NCBI GenBank assembly: GCA_963845185.1
Contig: CAWJRG010000009.1
Location: 864,001-928,000 of the forward strand
Source of the DNA: an uncultured bacterium
GTDB taxonomy: Bacteria; Oederibacteriota; PGYV01; CAWJRG01
Direction of reading: 5' to 3'
DNA: 64,000 nucleotides
Within the stretch, counting starts at the first letter, position 1. Every line of letters starts with the position of its first letter. The notes below the pieces were generated by a model. That model saw only the letters and a list, made by a program, of their open reading frames with translations. It searched no databases and was not told the DNA's origin. Position numbers and translations under genes: made by a program. Below are positions 10,090 to 20,870 of this stretch, piece after piece.

Positions 10090-12480
10090 CTATTTCTTTG
10101 CTTTTGATACTTTCAGCGCGACCTCATCTGCTATTGCATCGACTGTTTTGTCTTCCCTCTTGGAGAAAACCAGGCCGCCGACCACTGTTCCGAGACAAGC
10201 CACCACTATAACAATAACCACCCAGTTGTATCCCGGGAAAGTTATGATTATAGGTGCGATAATAAGCGCCACAAGGTTCATGACTTTGATAAGCGGGTTT
10301 AAAGCCGGTCCCGCAGTGTCCTTAAACGGGTCTCCGACCGTGTCTCCGATAACCGATGCTTTGTGCCTTTCCGTGCCTTTTAATCCCATCCGCTCAACGG
10401 TCTTTTTTGCGTTATCCCACGCTCCGCCTGTGTTTGAAAGGTATACAGCCATAAGCTGGCCCACGAGAATAACTCCCACCAGGTATCCTGCAAGGCCTTC
10501 TGCCTTGAAAAGGAATCCGATTGCCACAGGCATCAATATTGCCAGCAGCGCAGGGCTGACAAGCTCTTTTAACGCTGCTCTTGTGCAGATATCAACGACT
10601 CTCGCAGATTCCGGTTTTGCCCTTCCGGACATAAGCCCTTTTATCTCTTTGAATTGCCTTCTGACTTCGTTAACGACAAGGAAAGCCGCCCTTCCGACTG
10701 CCCTGATTAAAATCGAGGAGAAAAGAAACGGCATGGCGCCTCCAATGAGAAGGCCGACAAAAACATTAGGCATTGATATGTCGAAAAACGAGATGCCTGT
10801 CGCCAGTTTGTATGACGAAAAAAGCGATACAGCCGCGATTACAGCCGTTGCTATTGCGAAACCTTTTGTTATTGCTTTTGTAGAGTTCCCTACTGCGTCA
10901 AGCTCATCAAGCACCTTCCTGCCCTTGTCCGACAGTTTCGCCATTTCGCCTATGCCCTGGGCGTTATCTGAAACCGGCCCGTAAGTATCCTCGGAAACAA
11001 TGATGCCTGTTACGGTCAACATGCCAAGTCCTATAAGCGAAACTCCGTAAAGAATCTGCTCGACAATAACAGCCCCGTTTCCTATTGGCGCAAGCGTAAA
11101 AATCAGTATTGAAGTGGCTATCGCAGCCGCTATTGAAATTATTGCCCAAACCGAGCTTTCCATTCCTTCAGCCGTACCGGCAAGGATTGTAGTTGCAGGC
11201 CCGGTGAGCGTTGCCTTGACTATTTCTTTTACAGGTTTGTCTTCTGTTGTGGTGAAATGTTCTGTCAATTTTGATATAAGGAACGAAAGGAAAATACCTA
11301 CCGTGGTAATACCAAAAAGCTTCCATCCAAGGATAGTCGCCGCGTTTGCGGGCACTCCTGTAAATTTATCAGCGCTTTCCGATATGTATTTGCCTATTGC
11401 AGGCACAAGGTAATAGGCTGTCGCTATTGCAAAGCCTATTATCGAAATTATCGACGCCACAAAAAATCCTCTCTGTATAGGCTTCATTGCGTGCTCTTCT
11501 TCCGACCTTGACCTTACCATGTATGTGCCGATTATTGACGCTACGACTCCAATGGCACGTACAAAAAGCGGGAAAATAACCCCGAGGTTCCCGAAAACCG
11601 TCGCGCCGAGAATCATGGCCGCGACAAGCGTTACCTCGTATGACTCGAATATGTCTGCTGCCATACCTGCACAGTCGCCTACATTATCGCCCACGTTATC
11701 CGCGATTGTGGCCGCGTTGCGCGGGTCGTCTTCCGGTATATTTTTTTCCACTTTGCCTACAAGGTCAGCCCCGACATCCGCTGCCTTTGTGTATATTCCG
11801 CCGCCTACCCTCATAAATAGCGCGAGCAGGCATCCGCCGAACCCGAAGCCTATCAGTATGTCTGAAATCGCGCTCGGTACCTTCTGAAATATTAAAAATA
11901 TTGACGTTGCGCCCAGCAATCCGAGGCCAATTGTAAACATGCCTGCGATTGTTCCTGTCCTGAAAGCCAGCGTCAGCGAATCTTTTTTGCCTGTTTCAAC
12001 AGCCGCGGCTGCCACGCGCACATTGCCGGCAACTGCAAGGGTCATGCCTATCATGCCTGTCAGGGCAGACGCAAGCGCGCCCAGTAAAAAAGCTATTGCC
12101 CTGCCGAATTTAATCATGTTAATCTGCGCAGGCGTAATAAGCTGGCCGTCGGAATTAAGCATCCTCGTGTCGACTTTTGTGGTGAAAAACAATACCACCA
12201 TCAGTACAACCACCAGGACTGCGATGGTTTTAAACTGCCTGGCGAGATAGGCTTTTGCGCCCTTTGATATCTCGTCGTTGATTGCAATCATTGTCTTGGT
12301 GCCTTTGCTCTTGGAAAGTATTTCAAACATAAGATAAACTCCGTAAAGCAGGGCCACAATAGCCATGCCCCATACAGACCACAGTGCAATCGTCTCAAAG
12401 TTGGACAGCGGCGCGAGCTTGATGTGCTCGGCTACTTTTTGTGCAACCTGAGGTACTGCTTGTGCCACAGTTTCATTCAT
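10090..12480 (-). CDS. hppA: Membrane H+-translocating pyrophosphatase, probably K+-independent
   Basis: GGGIYTKAADVGADLVGKVE, EDDPRN, DNVGDNVGD, GDTVGDPFKD; GNSTK (Lys at the determinant position). Confidence 0.96.
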   Translation of the reverse strand: MNETVAQAVPQVAQKVAEHIKLAPLSNFETIALWSVWGMAIVALLYGVYLMFEILSKSKGTKTMIAINDEISKGAKAYLARQFKTIAVLVVVLMVVLFFTTKVDTRMLNSDGQLITPAQINMIKFGRAIAFLLGALASALTGMIGMTLAVAGNVRVAAAAVETGKKDSLTLAFRTGTIAGMFTIGLGLLGATSIFLIFQKVPSAISDILIGFGFGGCLLALFMRVGGGIYTKAADVGADLVGKVEKNIPEDDPRNAATIADNVGDNVGDCAGMAADIFESYEVTLVAAMILGATVFGNLGVIFPLFVRAIGVVASIIGTYMVRSRSEEEHAMKPIQRGFFVASIISIIGFAIATAYYLVPAIGKYISESADKFTGVPANAATILGWKLFGITTVGIFLSFLISKLTEHFTTTEDKPVKEIVKATLTGPATTILAGTAEGMESSVWAIISIAAAIATSILIFTLAPIGNGAVIVEQILYGVSLIGLGMLTVTGIIVSEDTYGPVSDNAQGIGEMAKLSDKGRKVLDELDAVGNSTKAITKGFAIATAVIAAVSLFSSYKLATGISFFDISMPNVFVGLLIGGAMPFLFSSILIRAVGRAAFLVVNEVRRQFKEIKGLMSGRAKPESARVVDICTRAALKELVSPALLAILMPVAIGFLFKAEGLAGYLVGVILVGQLMAVYLSNTGGAWDNAKKTVERMGLKGTERHKASVIGDTVGDPFKDTAGPALNPLIKVMNLVALIIAPIIITFPGYNWVVIVIVVACLGTVVGGLVFSKREDKTVDAIADEVALKVSKAKK

Positions 12481-12633
12481 TCTGCTTACCTCCTGTTATT
12501 GGGATTTGAGTATTTTGGTAAAAAATTTCCACCATTTTTGCATATTTATCCGGGTTTGTAAAGTTTTTTTTGGATGTAAATTATCAAAGGTAAAATTATT
12601 CCCCTTTTTCAAAAATATTGCGTTTTGCGTCTT

Positions 12634-14130
12634 TTAATTTACGCTTTCCACCAGCACTGCCCTGAAGTGAAAGCCGTAAATGGAAAGTGTCATGGCGTCA
12701 ACCATTAAATTAGGTTTCCTGAAGAGTGTCCAGAAAAACATTTGCCAGAAATAAAATTTTCCCTCGCCCTTTATCCCGAGTTTCCAAATTGACTTGGCCG
12801 AAGCCTGAATCCAAAGCTTAAAATTAAGCTTCCTTACTTTTGCCGTACCCTTATATTCTTTTAAAAAAATAATTATTCTTTTGTAATAATTCTTTGGCGC
12901 GAAAATAGTATTCAAAATATGTTTATACCCCTCAATCAGCTTTTCTTTATTCATCTTGGGAATGAAATTCATGGTAAAATCCGTATTGTCTCCTGTCGTC
13001 CTTTTTATTATCCTGCCCGCCTCCTGCAGCCTTTTATACAGCGATGTCTCAGGCAGCGCTGTAAGTATGCCCACCATTGCCGTCACAATCCCGCTCTTTT
13101 GTATGAATTTAACCATGTTATCAAAAGTCTTTGACGTGTCAGTGTCAAAACCAACTATGAACCCTGCCTGCACCTGCAGCCCGTTTCTCTGCAGCACTTT
13201 TACTTTTTCCACCATATCCTTTTTGGTGTTCTGCAGCTTTCCGCAGGATTTCAGCGCCTCTTCGTCCGGTGTTTCAATGCCGACAAAAACCGAGTTAAAA
13301 TTCGCTTTTCTCATGAGCTCCATAAGCTCGTCGTCATCCGCAAGGTTTATGGATGCTTCAGTGTATAAAGTAAACGGGTATCTTTTGTTTTTCATCCATA
13401 CGATAATCTCATTTAATATATCTTTAACTTTTGCCCTGTTGCCTATGAAATTATCATCCACCACAAATAAGCTTCCTCGCCAGCCAGTAGAATACATAGC
13501 GTCAAATTCCCTTATTATCTGGCCTGGTTCCTTTACCCTGGGAACCCTGCCGTTCATTATGATGATATCACAGAAATCGCAGTTAAACGGGCATCCCCTT
13601 GAAATCTGTATGCAGAGCGACACGTATTCTTTTACGTTTATCAGCGACCAGTCAGGCACGGGTGTTTTTGAAATATCGGGTTTTTCATTGGAAAAATACA
13701 TTGGCTTTATGCTGCCGGACTTCAAATCACTGAGGAACATCGGTATTGTAACCTCGCCCTCGTTCAGCACAAAAGTATCTACGTTGTAAAAATCAGTGTG
13801 CGCGCCTGTAAAAAGCGGCCCGCCTGCCACGACAAACTTGCCGAATGATTTAGCCTTGTTTATCGCTTCCTGCGCTGACTTTTTCTGGACAATCATGCCG
13901 CTCACAAAAACATAATCCGCCCATTTTAAATCCTCATCTTTCAGTTTGTGCGCATTCATGTCAACAAGCCTTTTTTCCCACTCAGGCGGCAGCAAAGCAG
14001 ACACCGTTAACAAACCAAGCGGCGGTACGCCTGCCTTTTTGCTCACAAATGGCAAAGCGTATTTAAAACTCCAGAATGTTGCCGGATATTCCGGATATAC
14101 AAGCAAAATTTTCATCATTAAACTCCTCAA
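12634..14130 (-). CDS. B12-binding radical SAM protein (DUF4070-type C-terminus)
   Basis: PPLGLLTV, SRGCPFNCDFC (CxxxCxxC), VDDNFIGN. Confidence 0.92.
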   Translation of the reverse strand: MRSLMMKILLVYPEYPATFWSFKYALPFVSKKAGVPPLGLLTVSALLPPEWEKRLVDMNAHKLKDEDLKWADYVFVSGMIVQKKSAQEAINKAKSFGKFVVAGGPLFTGAHTDFYNVDTFVLNEGEVTIPMFLSDLKSGSIKPMYFSNEKPDISKTPVPDWSLINVKEYVSLCIQISRGCPFNCDFCDIIIMNGRVPRVKEPGQIIREFDAMYSTGWRGSLFVVDDNFIGNRAKVKDILNEIIVWMKNKRYPFTLYTEASINLADDDELMELMRKANFNSVFVGIETPDEEALKSCGKLQNTKKDMVEKVKVLQRNGLQVQAGFIVGFDTDTSKTFDNMVKFIQKSGIVTAMVGILTALPETSLYKRLQEAGRIIKRTTGDNTDFTMNFIPKMNKEKLIEGYKHILNTIFAPKNYYKRIIIFLKEYKGTAKVRKLNFKLWIQASAKSIWKLGIKGEGKFYFWQMFFWTLFRKPNLMVDAMTLSIYGFHFRAVLVESVN

Positions 14131-14369
14131 ATTAGCGTTTGTTTTGGATTTTTTTTATTGGAAGAATCAGTGTTCTTAGAATAAAGTTCTTTAATCCGTA
14201 TTTCTGGTATTACTATACGCTTTAAAGCACAAATAGTCAAGGATTTTGGCGGCGAATGGCTTTGTTTTTTCCTCCCCCTTAACAATGGGAAACGAGGGGG
14301 TTTTGTTAGCAAAAGTAAAGTTTCTGCTGAATAGGTAATATGTTCTAGTTTTTAAAGATTTAGAAAGCT

Positions 14370-15014
14370 TTATGGGACGACAGGCGTAGGTGTTGCGGTG
14401 CTTACTGAATACAATACTGGTGAGGATGCAGGCGTCGGCGCAAAAGGCCCTATAGTTGTGGTGGTTGTCCCTGTACAATTGTCCACAAATATATACTTAC
14501 CAACAATAGGTAAATTAGTTTTATTCATAACATACCATCCAGTAACAGGTTGCATTATGGCAAAACATGTTGGTTCGCCAGGGCACCATGAATTAGTTGT
14601 TGTAATATTTATATACACATTATTACAATCGGTTGTTATATTGGTCAATCCCCTCGCATCAGACATGCAACCTCCGGTTATCATAACGCCTATGATAATT
14701 TGTTTATTAAAATCCACAGGAACAGGGGTCGGCGTTGGAGAACCTGCAGGAGCATAACCTGTATAATTTGCCAGATAAAATGCTTCTGTTGTAATAATAT
14801 AATCTCCAGCAGGTAAAGCAAGACCAGAAACAGTACCATAATTCAGGCTGCTATAATTTACATTACCCGGTACGCACGTTGTAGGAGTGAAAACAGGCGT
14901 AGATGTTGGAACAGGTACAGGCGCTATTACCGTGCTGGAAGGCCTATTGCAATTTGAAATAAAGATAATCATTAAAATCAGTATTAATACTGTTATCGCA
15001 CTTTGTTTTTTCAT
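14370..15014 (-). CDS. Putative lipoprotein with Pro/Thr-rich segments
   Basis: Lipobox-like ISNC; VDFNKQIIIGV resembles PrcB-C-like domains. Confidence 0.6.
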   Translation of the reverse strand: MKKQSAITVLILILMIIFISNCNRPSSTVIAPVPVPTSTPVFTPTTCVPGNVNYSSLNYGTVSGLALPAGDYIITTEAFYLANYTGYAPAGSPTPTPVPVDFNKQIIIGVMITGGCMSDARGLTNITTDCNNVYINITTTNSWCPGEPTCFAIMQPVTGWYVMNKTNLPIVGKYIFVDNCTGTTTTTIGPFAPTPASSPVLYSVSTATPTPVVP

Positions 15015-15140
15015 GTTTTAAACACTTCCTATTTTATATATTATACCACATTTATCCTATGTTTGTTAGACAATTTATATGTATAAAAGTTCTGTTAAAT
15101 CGACTATGCTTTTATTACGGTTTGTCCTAATCTACCTAAC

Positions 15141-15177
15141 AAAAAAGCCCCAAACGCTTAAACCTCGGGGCTTTTTT
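15141..15177. terminator. Probable terminator
   Basis: aaaaaagcccc...ggggctttttt. Confidence 0.7.
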
Positions 15178-15219
15178 ATGAAAGCAAATATATTTCAACT
15201 CTAAAACATTGCTTATTGT

Positions 15220-15942
15220 TTATGGCGTGTTAATAATGATTTGCCCGTCCGCTCCATTACCACCTGAATAATTGCAATTGTAACCACTACCTCCGGCACC
15301 AACAGTCACATTGTAAATATGTCCTGACGTAACACTGATTTGGATTTGACCATATCCACCACCACCACCACCGCCGCCGCCATTAGAAGACGTATTGTAA
15401 CCGCCTGCACCACCACCTCCGCCACCAGGTGCTGTGCCGTTAGTCCCATTATAACCAGCAACGCCACCAATACCTCCTGCTCCGCCATTGTTAGCACCGG
15501 CACCACCATTGCCACCTGTTGAACCATTATAGGGCATTCCGCTTCCACCAGTTATATTACCACTGCTTCCAACACCGCCGGAACCACCACAACAGTTACC
15601 ACTAGATGCCGTAATTATAGCAGTACCAGTACTGGCATCATTAAATGAAGAGGTATTTCCATTACTATAACCTCCAGCACAAGCACCACCGCCACCACCT
15701 GCACCCCAGATTTGTATTGTGATGCTGTTTATATTATTTGGCACAGTAAATTGATAAGTGCCCGACGCTGTGTAAGAACCAAGATTTCCTTGAATTTGAG
15801 TAGGCACTGCTGTAGGCTTAGAAGAAGAAGTACTATTTGTAAGTTTACACCCATTCAGAATTAAAATTGCTGTAAAAACTAATACCGGAACTAAAACCTT
15901 TTTCATAAACTTTTCCTCCTTTTTTATTAGTTTTAATACCAT
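15220..15942 (-). CDS. Glycine-rich lipoprotein
   Basis: LNGC lipobox; FTVP..I.IQIWGAGGGG...YNVTVGAGG glycine-rich domain. Confidence 0.75.
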   Translation of the reverse strand: MVLKLIKKEEKFMKKVLVPVLVFTAILILNGCKLTNSTSSSKPTAVPTQIQGNLGSYTASGTYQFTVPNNINSITIQIWGAGGGGGACAGGYSNGNTSSFNDASTGTAIITASSGNCCGGSGGVGSSGNITGGSGMPYNGSTGGNGGAGANNGGAGGIGGVAGYNGTNGTAPGGGGGGAGGYNTSSNGGGGGGGGGYGQIQISVTSGHIYNVTVGAGGSGYNCNYSGGNGADGQIIINTP

Positions 15943-16083
15943 TTATTTCCTAAATTTTTATGTTGAAATTATACTTTATTCTATTATATTTGTTAAGTAT
16001 TTTGTTTGGTTTTTTGATTCTTTTAAATAATCCAAATTAGGGTAATAAACAGAAGGCAAAGCAATATTAAGCTAATGTTAGAT

Positions 16084-16911
16084 TTAAAACAGCATTTTCT
16101 GTTTTTTTAATAAATCCCTTAATCTTTGAGCATTTTTAACTGCTTTACCTGCATGGCAGTTATTTAATAATATATAAAGCACTTTTGACTTTTCCGCCAA
16201 TTTGGTTATTTCAGGCAAAAAAGACTCGAGTTCCTCGTCTGAATACAGGTAATCATAGCGTACTGAAACCGGCGCGTTAAACCACTCCTTGTTCCTGCCG
16301 TGAAGCCTGAAATAGCCAATGTCCGACGTCACTTCGTTATTAAAAGGCATAAGCCGTGGAAGCTGCGGCTCGTCAACAGCGCAAAAGCCCAGCTTATTCT
16401 CCCTGAGAAATGCGAATGTCCCGTCTTTTGCCCATGCGCTGTTACGGAATTCTATCACAAGCGGTATATCCTCAAAAGCTTTCCTGCATTTGATAATGTA
16501 ATCTTTGGACTCTGCCGATGGATAAAAAAATACCGGAAACTGTAAGAGCACTGCTCCAAGCTTGCCTGCTTCGGCAAACGGCCTAACAGCCAGCTTGAAT
16601 TTTTCTATATCCGCTAATGCTCTGTCTATGGACGGTTTTTTTCCTTCGAGCCTCGAATCAAACGGGTCATGAGTAAACCCGCGGAACCCTTTGACCACAA
16701 AAGTAAACCCGCGGGTTGTTTTTTGCTCCATGGCAAGCGCTGATTTTTCCGATATTATAGTATAGTAAGTTGCATTTACTTTAAGCGTATTAAAGCCAAG
16801 CTCTTTGTTGTAGTAAATGAGTTCTTCCTTCTGCGGCAGTCCCTTCGGGTAAATAATTCCCCTCCAGTCAGGAAATGAAAAACCCGATGTGCCAAGCTTT
16901 ATTTCACCCAT
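16084..16911 (-). CDS. DUF72 family protein
   Basis: GTSGFSFPDW.G..YP, LLQFP, EFRN..W, YFRLHGRN, YDYLYS..EL, NNCH. Confidence 0.92.
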   Translation of the reverse strand: MGEIKLGTSGFSFPDWRGIIYPKGLPQKEELIYYNKELGFNTLKVNATYYTIISEKSALAMEQKTTRGFTFVVKGFRGFTHDPFDSRLEGKKPSIDRALADIEKFKLAVRPFAEAGKLGAVLLQFPVFFYPSAESKDYIIKCRKAFEDIPLVIEFRNSAWAKDGTFAFLRENKLGFCAVDEPQLPRLMPFNNEVTSDIGYFRLHGRNKEWFNAPVSVRYDYLYSDEELESFLPEITKLAEKSKVLYILLNNCHAGKAVKNAQRLRDLLKKQKMLF

Positions 16912-16969
16912 ACATTGCTCCTTTGATTTAATGGTGCCAGGCCGAAGATTGCGCGATGACTTATATGGA

Positions 16970-18505
16970 TTACTTTAAGACAATAAATTTATCAACTCTA
17001 TTAATATTTGTTGTCTTCCCTTTTTGCTTATATGCTAAAAAATATATGCCGTTTGCAAAATTTTGCACATTAATTTCAATGGTATTTATACCTGCGCTCT
17101 GGTTCTGGCCTGATTTTTCTATTAACCTGTATGCCATTGTATAAATTTTTACTTCTACATTCGCATCTTCCGTAAGGTTATATGCATATTTTAATTTATC
17201 TTTTGCCGGATTTGGATATATCCTCGGTAATTCAGTGGCTGTCAAAACAGTAGCCGGCGCCTGGGTTTGTGTAGCTGTTGCGCATACGGGCTGCGCAGTC
17301 CCTGTGAGCCATGCCAGCACGTCTGCGCCGTGGCACGAGGTGGGCGTATAGCTCCAGTCCTTTATAAGTGTAGGCCCCGAATACGGATTCAGGTCCCATG
17401 CCGTTGCGTTGTACATGTAATTCGCGTTATTGCCGCCGTTAAACCATGAAATAAGGCTGGACTCAAAAGGGTTGCACCCGCTGTCGTCGTCACCGCAGCA
17501 GTTGCCTTCATTGTTTGTCCCTCCCATTAAAGACCCGAATTCACCTGCTATAACGCAATACCCCGCGTTCACTGCCACCCCTACATATTGGTCCCAGCTT
17601 GCCGCGTCATTGTTCCCCGGGTTGCCGTAATATATATGCGCGTCATACGCTATGCCAAAGCCTGTCAAAGTGTTCCCTGTGTTCCTGTCTGTTAATGGAT
17701 TCGACGGTATTCCTGTCAGGTCATGGCACCAGACCAGGCCTGCGGCAATGCAAATATTTTTCGCGCCTGTATCGCGGATAGTCTCTACCATAGTCTGGTA
17801 TCCCGGGCTGACAAAACTTCCGGTCCAGCCGCCGCTCTGCCATGTGGTCCACGGCATATAAGTCGGCTCATTATAAAGTCCGAAAAGTACAGCCGGGTTA
17901 TTGCCGAATGTAACTGCAAGGCTCTGCCAGAAAGCCAGGGCATTCATGTCACACATGGCTGGTCCGGCAGCCTGCACAGAAGTGGAAGTGCCCCATGTGC
18001 CCATGCCTGACCAGTGCAGGTCGAGGTTCACGTAGCAGTTAAGTGTCGACGCGGTGTTTACCATATTTGTAACAAGTGCCCTGTAATTACTCTGGTTTGT
18101 CATATCCTGTATGGTAGAGGAAGATGTTACGCCGTTACTGTAGCCAAACCAGAAATCCTGGTTCAGCGGTATCCTTACGATATTGGCTTTCCATGTGTTT
18201 ACTGCCACGGTTATTGACTGCGTCATGTCCCCGCTCGGCCCACTTGCCAGGCCTTTGCCGTCTGCTTCCCATTCCAGCCCGTCCACGTTCACGCCCACGA
18301 GCCTCACCGGGCAGCCCGTGGCTGCGTTTACAAAATATTGCCCGGATACCGCAAGCTGCGGCGGCGCTGCAAACAGGCATCCGGTATTTAATAATACACA
18401 TGACAATATTATGAAAGCTATCATCAGAAACTTTGGCGTTGGATTAATGTATTTCTCCATACTGTTCTCCTGGCTTCTTAAATGTATTTCATCAATATTA
18501 TACAA
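16970..18505 (-). CDS. Secreted GH5 endoglucanase-like protein with T9SS-like CTD
   Basis: RIPLNQ, LDLHW, LYNEP (acid/base), AGEFG (nucleophile); IYPNP...ANGIYF...KFIVLK. Confidence 0.9.
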   Translation of the reverse strand: MYNIDEIHLRSQENSMEKYINPTPKFLMIAFIILSCVLLNTGCLFAAPPQLAVSGQYFVNAATGCPVRLVGVNVDGLEWEADGKGLASGPSGDMTQSITVAVNTWKANIVRIPLNQDFWFGYSNGVTSSSTIQDMTNQSNYRALVTNMVNTASTLNCYVNLDLHWSGMGTWGTSTSVQAAGPAMCDMNALAFWQSLAVTFGNNPAVLFGLYNEPTYMPWTTWQSGGWTGSFVSPGYQTMVETIRDTGAKNICIAAGLVWCHDLTGIPSNPLTDRNTGNTLTGFGIAYDAHIYYGNPGNNDAASWDQYVGVAVNAGYCVIAGEFGSLMGGTNNEGNCCGDDDSGCNPFESSLISWFNGGNNANYMYNATAWDLNPYSGPTLIKDWSYTPTSCHGADVLAWLTGTAQPVCATATQTQAPATVLTATELPRIYPNPAKDKLKYAYNLTEDANVEVKIYTMAYRLIEKSGQNQSAGINTIEINVQNFANGIYFLAYKQKGKTTNINRVDKFIVLK

Positions 18506-18553
18506 TTAAAAACAAAAAATTTGAATTTTATTTGTTAAACCCGATACTAAGAT

Positions 18554-19840
18554 TCAGTGTTTCATCAGCCTTGTGCTTATTATTCCGCACCGCTCCAGTA
18601 TGCCGTGATGTTCCGCTATTATCAAGGCCGCAGGCTTTACTGTAAAATCGCCGTACCTTAAATTAATCCCGTCCACGGTTGAAAGCACCATCTGCTTTTT
18701 CTGCAAATCGCCGAAAAGGTACTGCTGCCCGTCCACTGCTGACAGGTTTGTCACGCTCACGCCCAAAAGCCTCACTGCTTTTTTCAGCGGAAGCACTGCC
18801 TGGAAAATATTCCACGCGTGCCCGTATATCTCCGTGCCTGAATTAAAAAAATGCTTCAGCGTCATGCGCCTTGCGAACATGTCAAAATCCCCGAACCTGA
18901 CAAACAGGAACACTGTCCTTGCCGTCATCCTGTATTCGCGGAGCCTTGTGCCTGTCTTTTCCGAGAGCATTAGTAAATATGACTTGATGACGCTGTGGTC
19001 ATAAGTATCCGCAGACAGCGTGTGGCTGTGGCCGACCGACTTCACCGCTGAACGGAAATCATATTTTTTTACGCCTGAAACATCCCTGCCAAGGCCTATG
19101 TTCTTATAAACCCTGCCCATTACGCCGAAATGCCCTGTCAGCATCGATACCGGCGCTTCACCAAGCTCTTTTGCCGTTGTTATCCCCAGGCTCCTGAACT
19201 TTTCAGATAGCTGCCTTCCTATGCCGGCACCCTGCAGTTTCTCCACAGGCAGCTTAGCCATGAAAGCAGGCACATCCTCCTCGCCCACCATTGTAAGCCC
19301 GTCGGGCTTTTTCAGCTTTGCCGCTAATTTTGCCACGACCTTATTAGGCGCTATGCCTATGGAGCATTTCAGCCCTGTTTCCTCTTTCATGCGCTCCTTG
19401 ATTTTTTCCGCGATTTCCACTGCGCCCCCGAAAAGATTTTCCGTGTCTGTCACGTCCACGAAGCACTCGTCTATGGAAAAAACCTCGACCTTGTCCGTAA
19501 ATTCAAGGAGTATCTTATGTATCTTTAATGACGTGTCAATGTACTTGTCTATGTTGCCTATGACAGGTATGACAGACGGGCAAAGTTTTTTCACCTCGGG
19601 TATGGTCATGCCTGTCTTTATGCCGAATGCCCGCGCCTCGTATGACGCTGTCACCGCTATTGTCCTGCCCTGGCCGCAGACGACTATGGGCTTGCCGCGC
19701 AGCGATGGATTGCACTGCTGCTCAACAGACGCGAAGTACGCGTTCATGTCCACAAGCATTATAACCCGCCTGGACTTTAGCCTGTCAGATCCTGAGCTTG
19801 CATTGCCATGAGCCTGCCGAATGGCCGAAGGATCGTGCAT
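18554..19840 (-). CDS. dinB: Y-family DNA polymerase IV
   Basis: VDMNAYFASVEQ, ASYEARAFG, SIDECF, SIGIAPNK..AKLA. Confidence 0.95.
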   Translation of the reverse strand: MHDPSAIRQAHGNASSGSDRLKSRRVIMLVDMNAYFASVEQQCNPSLRGKPIVVCGQGRTIAVTASYEARAFGIKTGMTIPEVKKLCPSVIPVIGNIDKYIDTSLKIHKILLEFTDKVEVFSIDECFVDVTDTENLFGGAVEIAEKIKERMKEETGLKCSIGIAPNKVVAKLAAKLKKPDGLTMVGEEDVPAFMAKLPVEKLQGAGIGRQLSEKFRSLGITTAKELGEAPVSMLTGHFGVMGRVYKNIGLGRDVSGVKKYDFRSAVKSVGHSHTLSADTYDHSVIKSYLLMLSEKTGTRLREYRMTARTVFLFVRFGDFDMFARRMTLKHFFNSGTEIYGHAWNIFQAVLPLKKAVRLLGVSVTNLSAVDGQQYLFGDLQKKQMVLSTVDGINLRYGDFTVKPAALIIAEHHGILERCGIISTRLMKH

Positions 19841-19846
19841 TATGTC

Positions 19847-20098
19847 CTATCCCTCACTTTCCACTTTTTCCAGCACCCAATCCAGGGTCTTCTGGTTAAA
19901 GGAAAGCTCGTAATACCCTCCTTCGCCCACTGCGGAAAAATGCACCAGCAAAGCATTGCCCTCCAGGGTGTTCCAGGTATACGTCACGTCCTTTACGTCT
20001 ATTTTCCTGTTTTTCCACTGGAACCATTTCGGGACTATCCTGTTTTTCACGAATACCGCGCCTACGTTTATCTTATCTCCTATCTCAGTTACGCTCAT
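19847..20098 (-). CDS. Small conserved hypothetical protein in SOS cassette
   Basis: P.WFQW.NR..V..W...F.V...YELSF...W.L pattern; overlaps lexA stop. Confidence 0.75.
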   Translation of the reverse strand: MSVTEIGDKINVGAVFVKNRIVPKWFQWKNRKIDVKDVTYTWNTLEGNALLVHFSAVGEGGYYELSFNQKTLDWVLEKVESEG

Positions 20099-20679
20099 TT
20101 TATTTTCCTTATTACCCCTGCCACTTTCCCCAGCACTTTTACATCCTTTGACACTATCGGGCTGTATTTCGGGTTCTCTGCGACAAGCTTTATCCCGTCC
20201 GGGGTAAAGTAATACCGCTTTATGGTGGCTTCGTTTTCCAGTAGGGCCGCTATTATTTCCCCGTCAACCGCTGTTTTCTGTTTCCTGATTACTACCATGT
20301 CGCCGTCAAATATGCCGGCTCCTGTCATGGAGTCTCCTGTCACGCGCAGGGCAAACATGTTCTTAAGGCCAAACATGTCGGTAATGCTGTCTATATGCTC
20401 CTCGATATTTTCAATTGCGTCTATCGGCTTGCCGGCGCTTATCCTGCCCACTACAGGTATGCCTACTGCCGGTTTTAAGAGCTCTATGCCGCGGGCTGTA
20501 TTTTTCCTTATCCTTACGTATCCGGCCTCGATTAGCCTGTTCAAATGGTGAACCACCGGCGCGTTAGAAGTAAACCCGCAGTCCCTTGCCAGTTCCCTCA
20601 TAGTTGGCGGCAGCTTGTGTTCCCTTGCCAGGTTATTCAAGACATCCAGTACCTTAAGTGTCTTCTTTCCAAGTTCCAT
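20095..20679 (-). CDS. lexA: SOS repressor LexA (start at MELGKK, after GGGAGG RBS)
   Basis: PPTMRELA HTH, SAG.P cleavage site, GDSM Ser, ATIKR Lys. Confidence 0.95.
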   Translation of the reverse strand: MELGKKTLKVLDVLNNLAREHKLPPTMRELARDCGFTSNAPVVHHLNRLIEAGYVRIRKNTARGIELLKPAVGIPVVGRISAGKPIDAIENIEEHIDSITDMFGLKNMFALRVTGDSMTGAGIFDGDMVVIRKQKTAVDGEIIAALLENEATIKRYYFTPDGIKLVAENPKYSPIVSKDVKVLGKVAGVIRKIK

Positions 20680-20690
20680 ACTTGCCTCCC

Positions 20691-20855
20691 TTGATATTGT
20701 TTGTTTTGTCAAGCTTACCGGCGCAAGTTAAATAGTCTTGTAGACTATTTGACGGGTAGTCTCCATAAAGTTAGTAAATATAAAAACTACCCTAAACATT
20801 ACGAGATCAAGCACCCAATCAAGTCCGGGACTTTTAAGCCGAGGACGAGAGGTGC
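20691..20855 (+). repeat. Element A copy in lexA leader, carrying inserted element D (20727-20792)
   Basis: ttgatattgtttgttttgtcaagc...aaacattacgagatcaagcacccaatcaagtcc..ggacgagaggtgc. Confidence 0.85.
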
Positions 20856-20870
20856 CTGTTTACTTCATTA

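Noticed and set aside
10061..13789. Long plus-strand ORFs (e.g. 10061-10984, 12956-13789)
   Set aside because: Antisense shadows of hppA and the radical SAM gene; the same applies to other plus-strand ORFs
9900..14305. CCCCCTT..AAGGGG-type palindromes at about 9900-9995 and 14270-14303
   Set aside because: Degenerate REP-like sequences of a common type; too eroded to define
16930..16960. tggtgcc... resembling a reversed tRNA 3' end
   Set aside because: No cloverleaf or T-loop; no tRNA or rRNA found in the window
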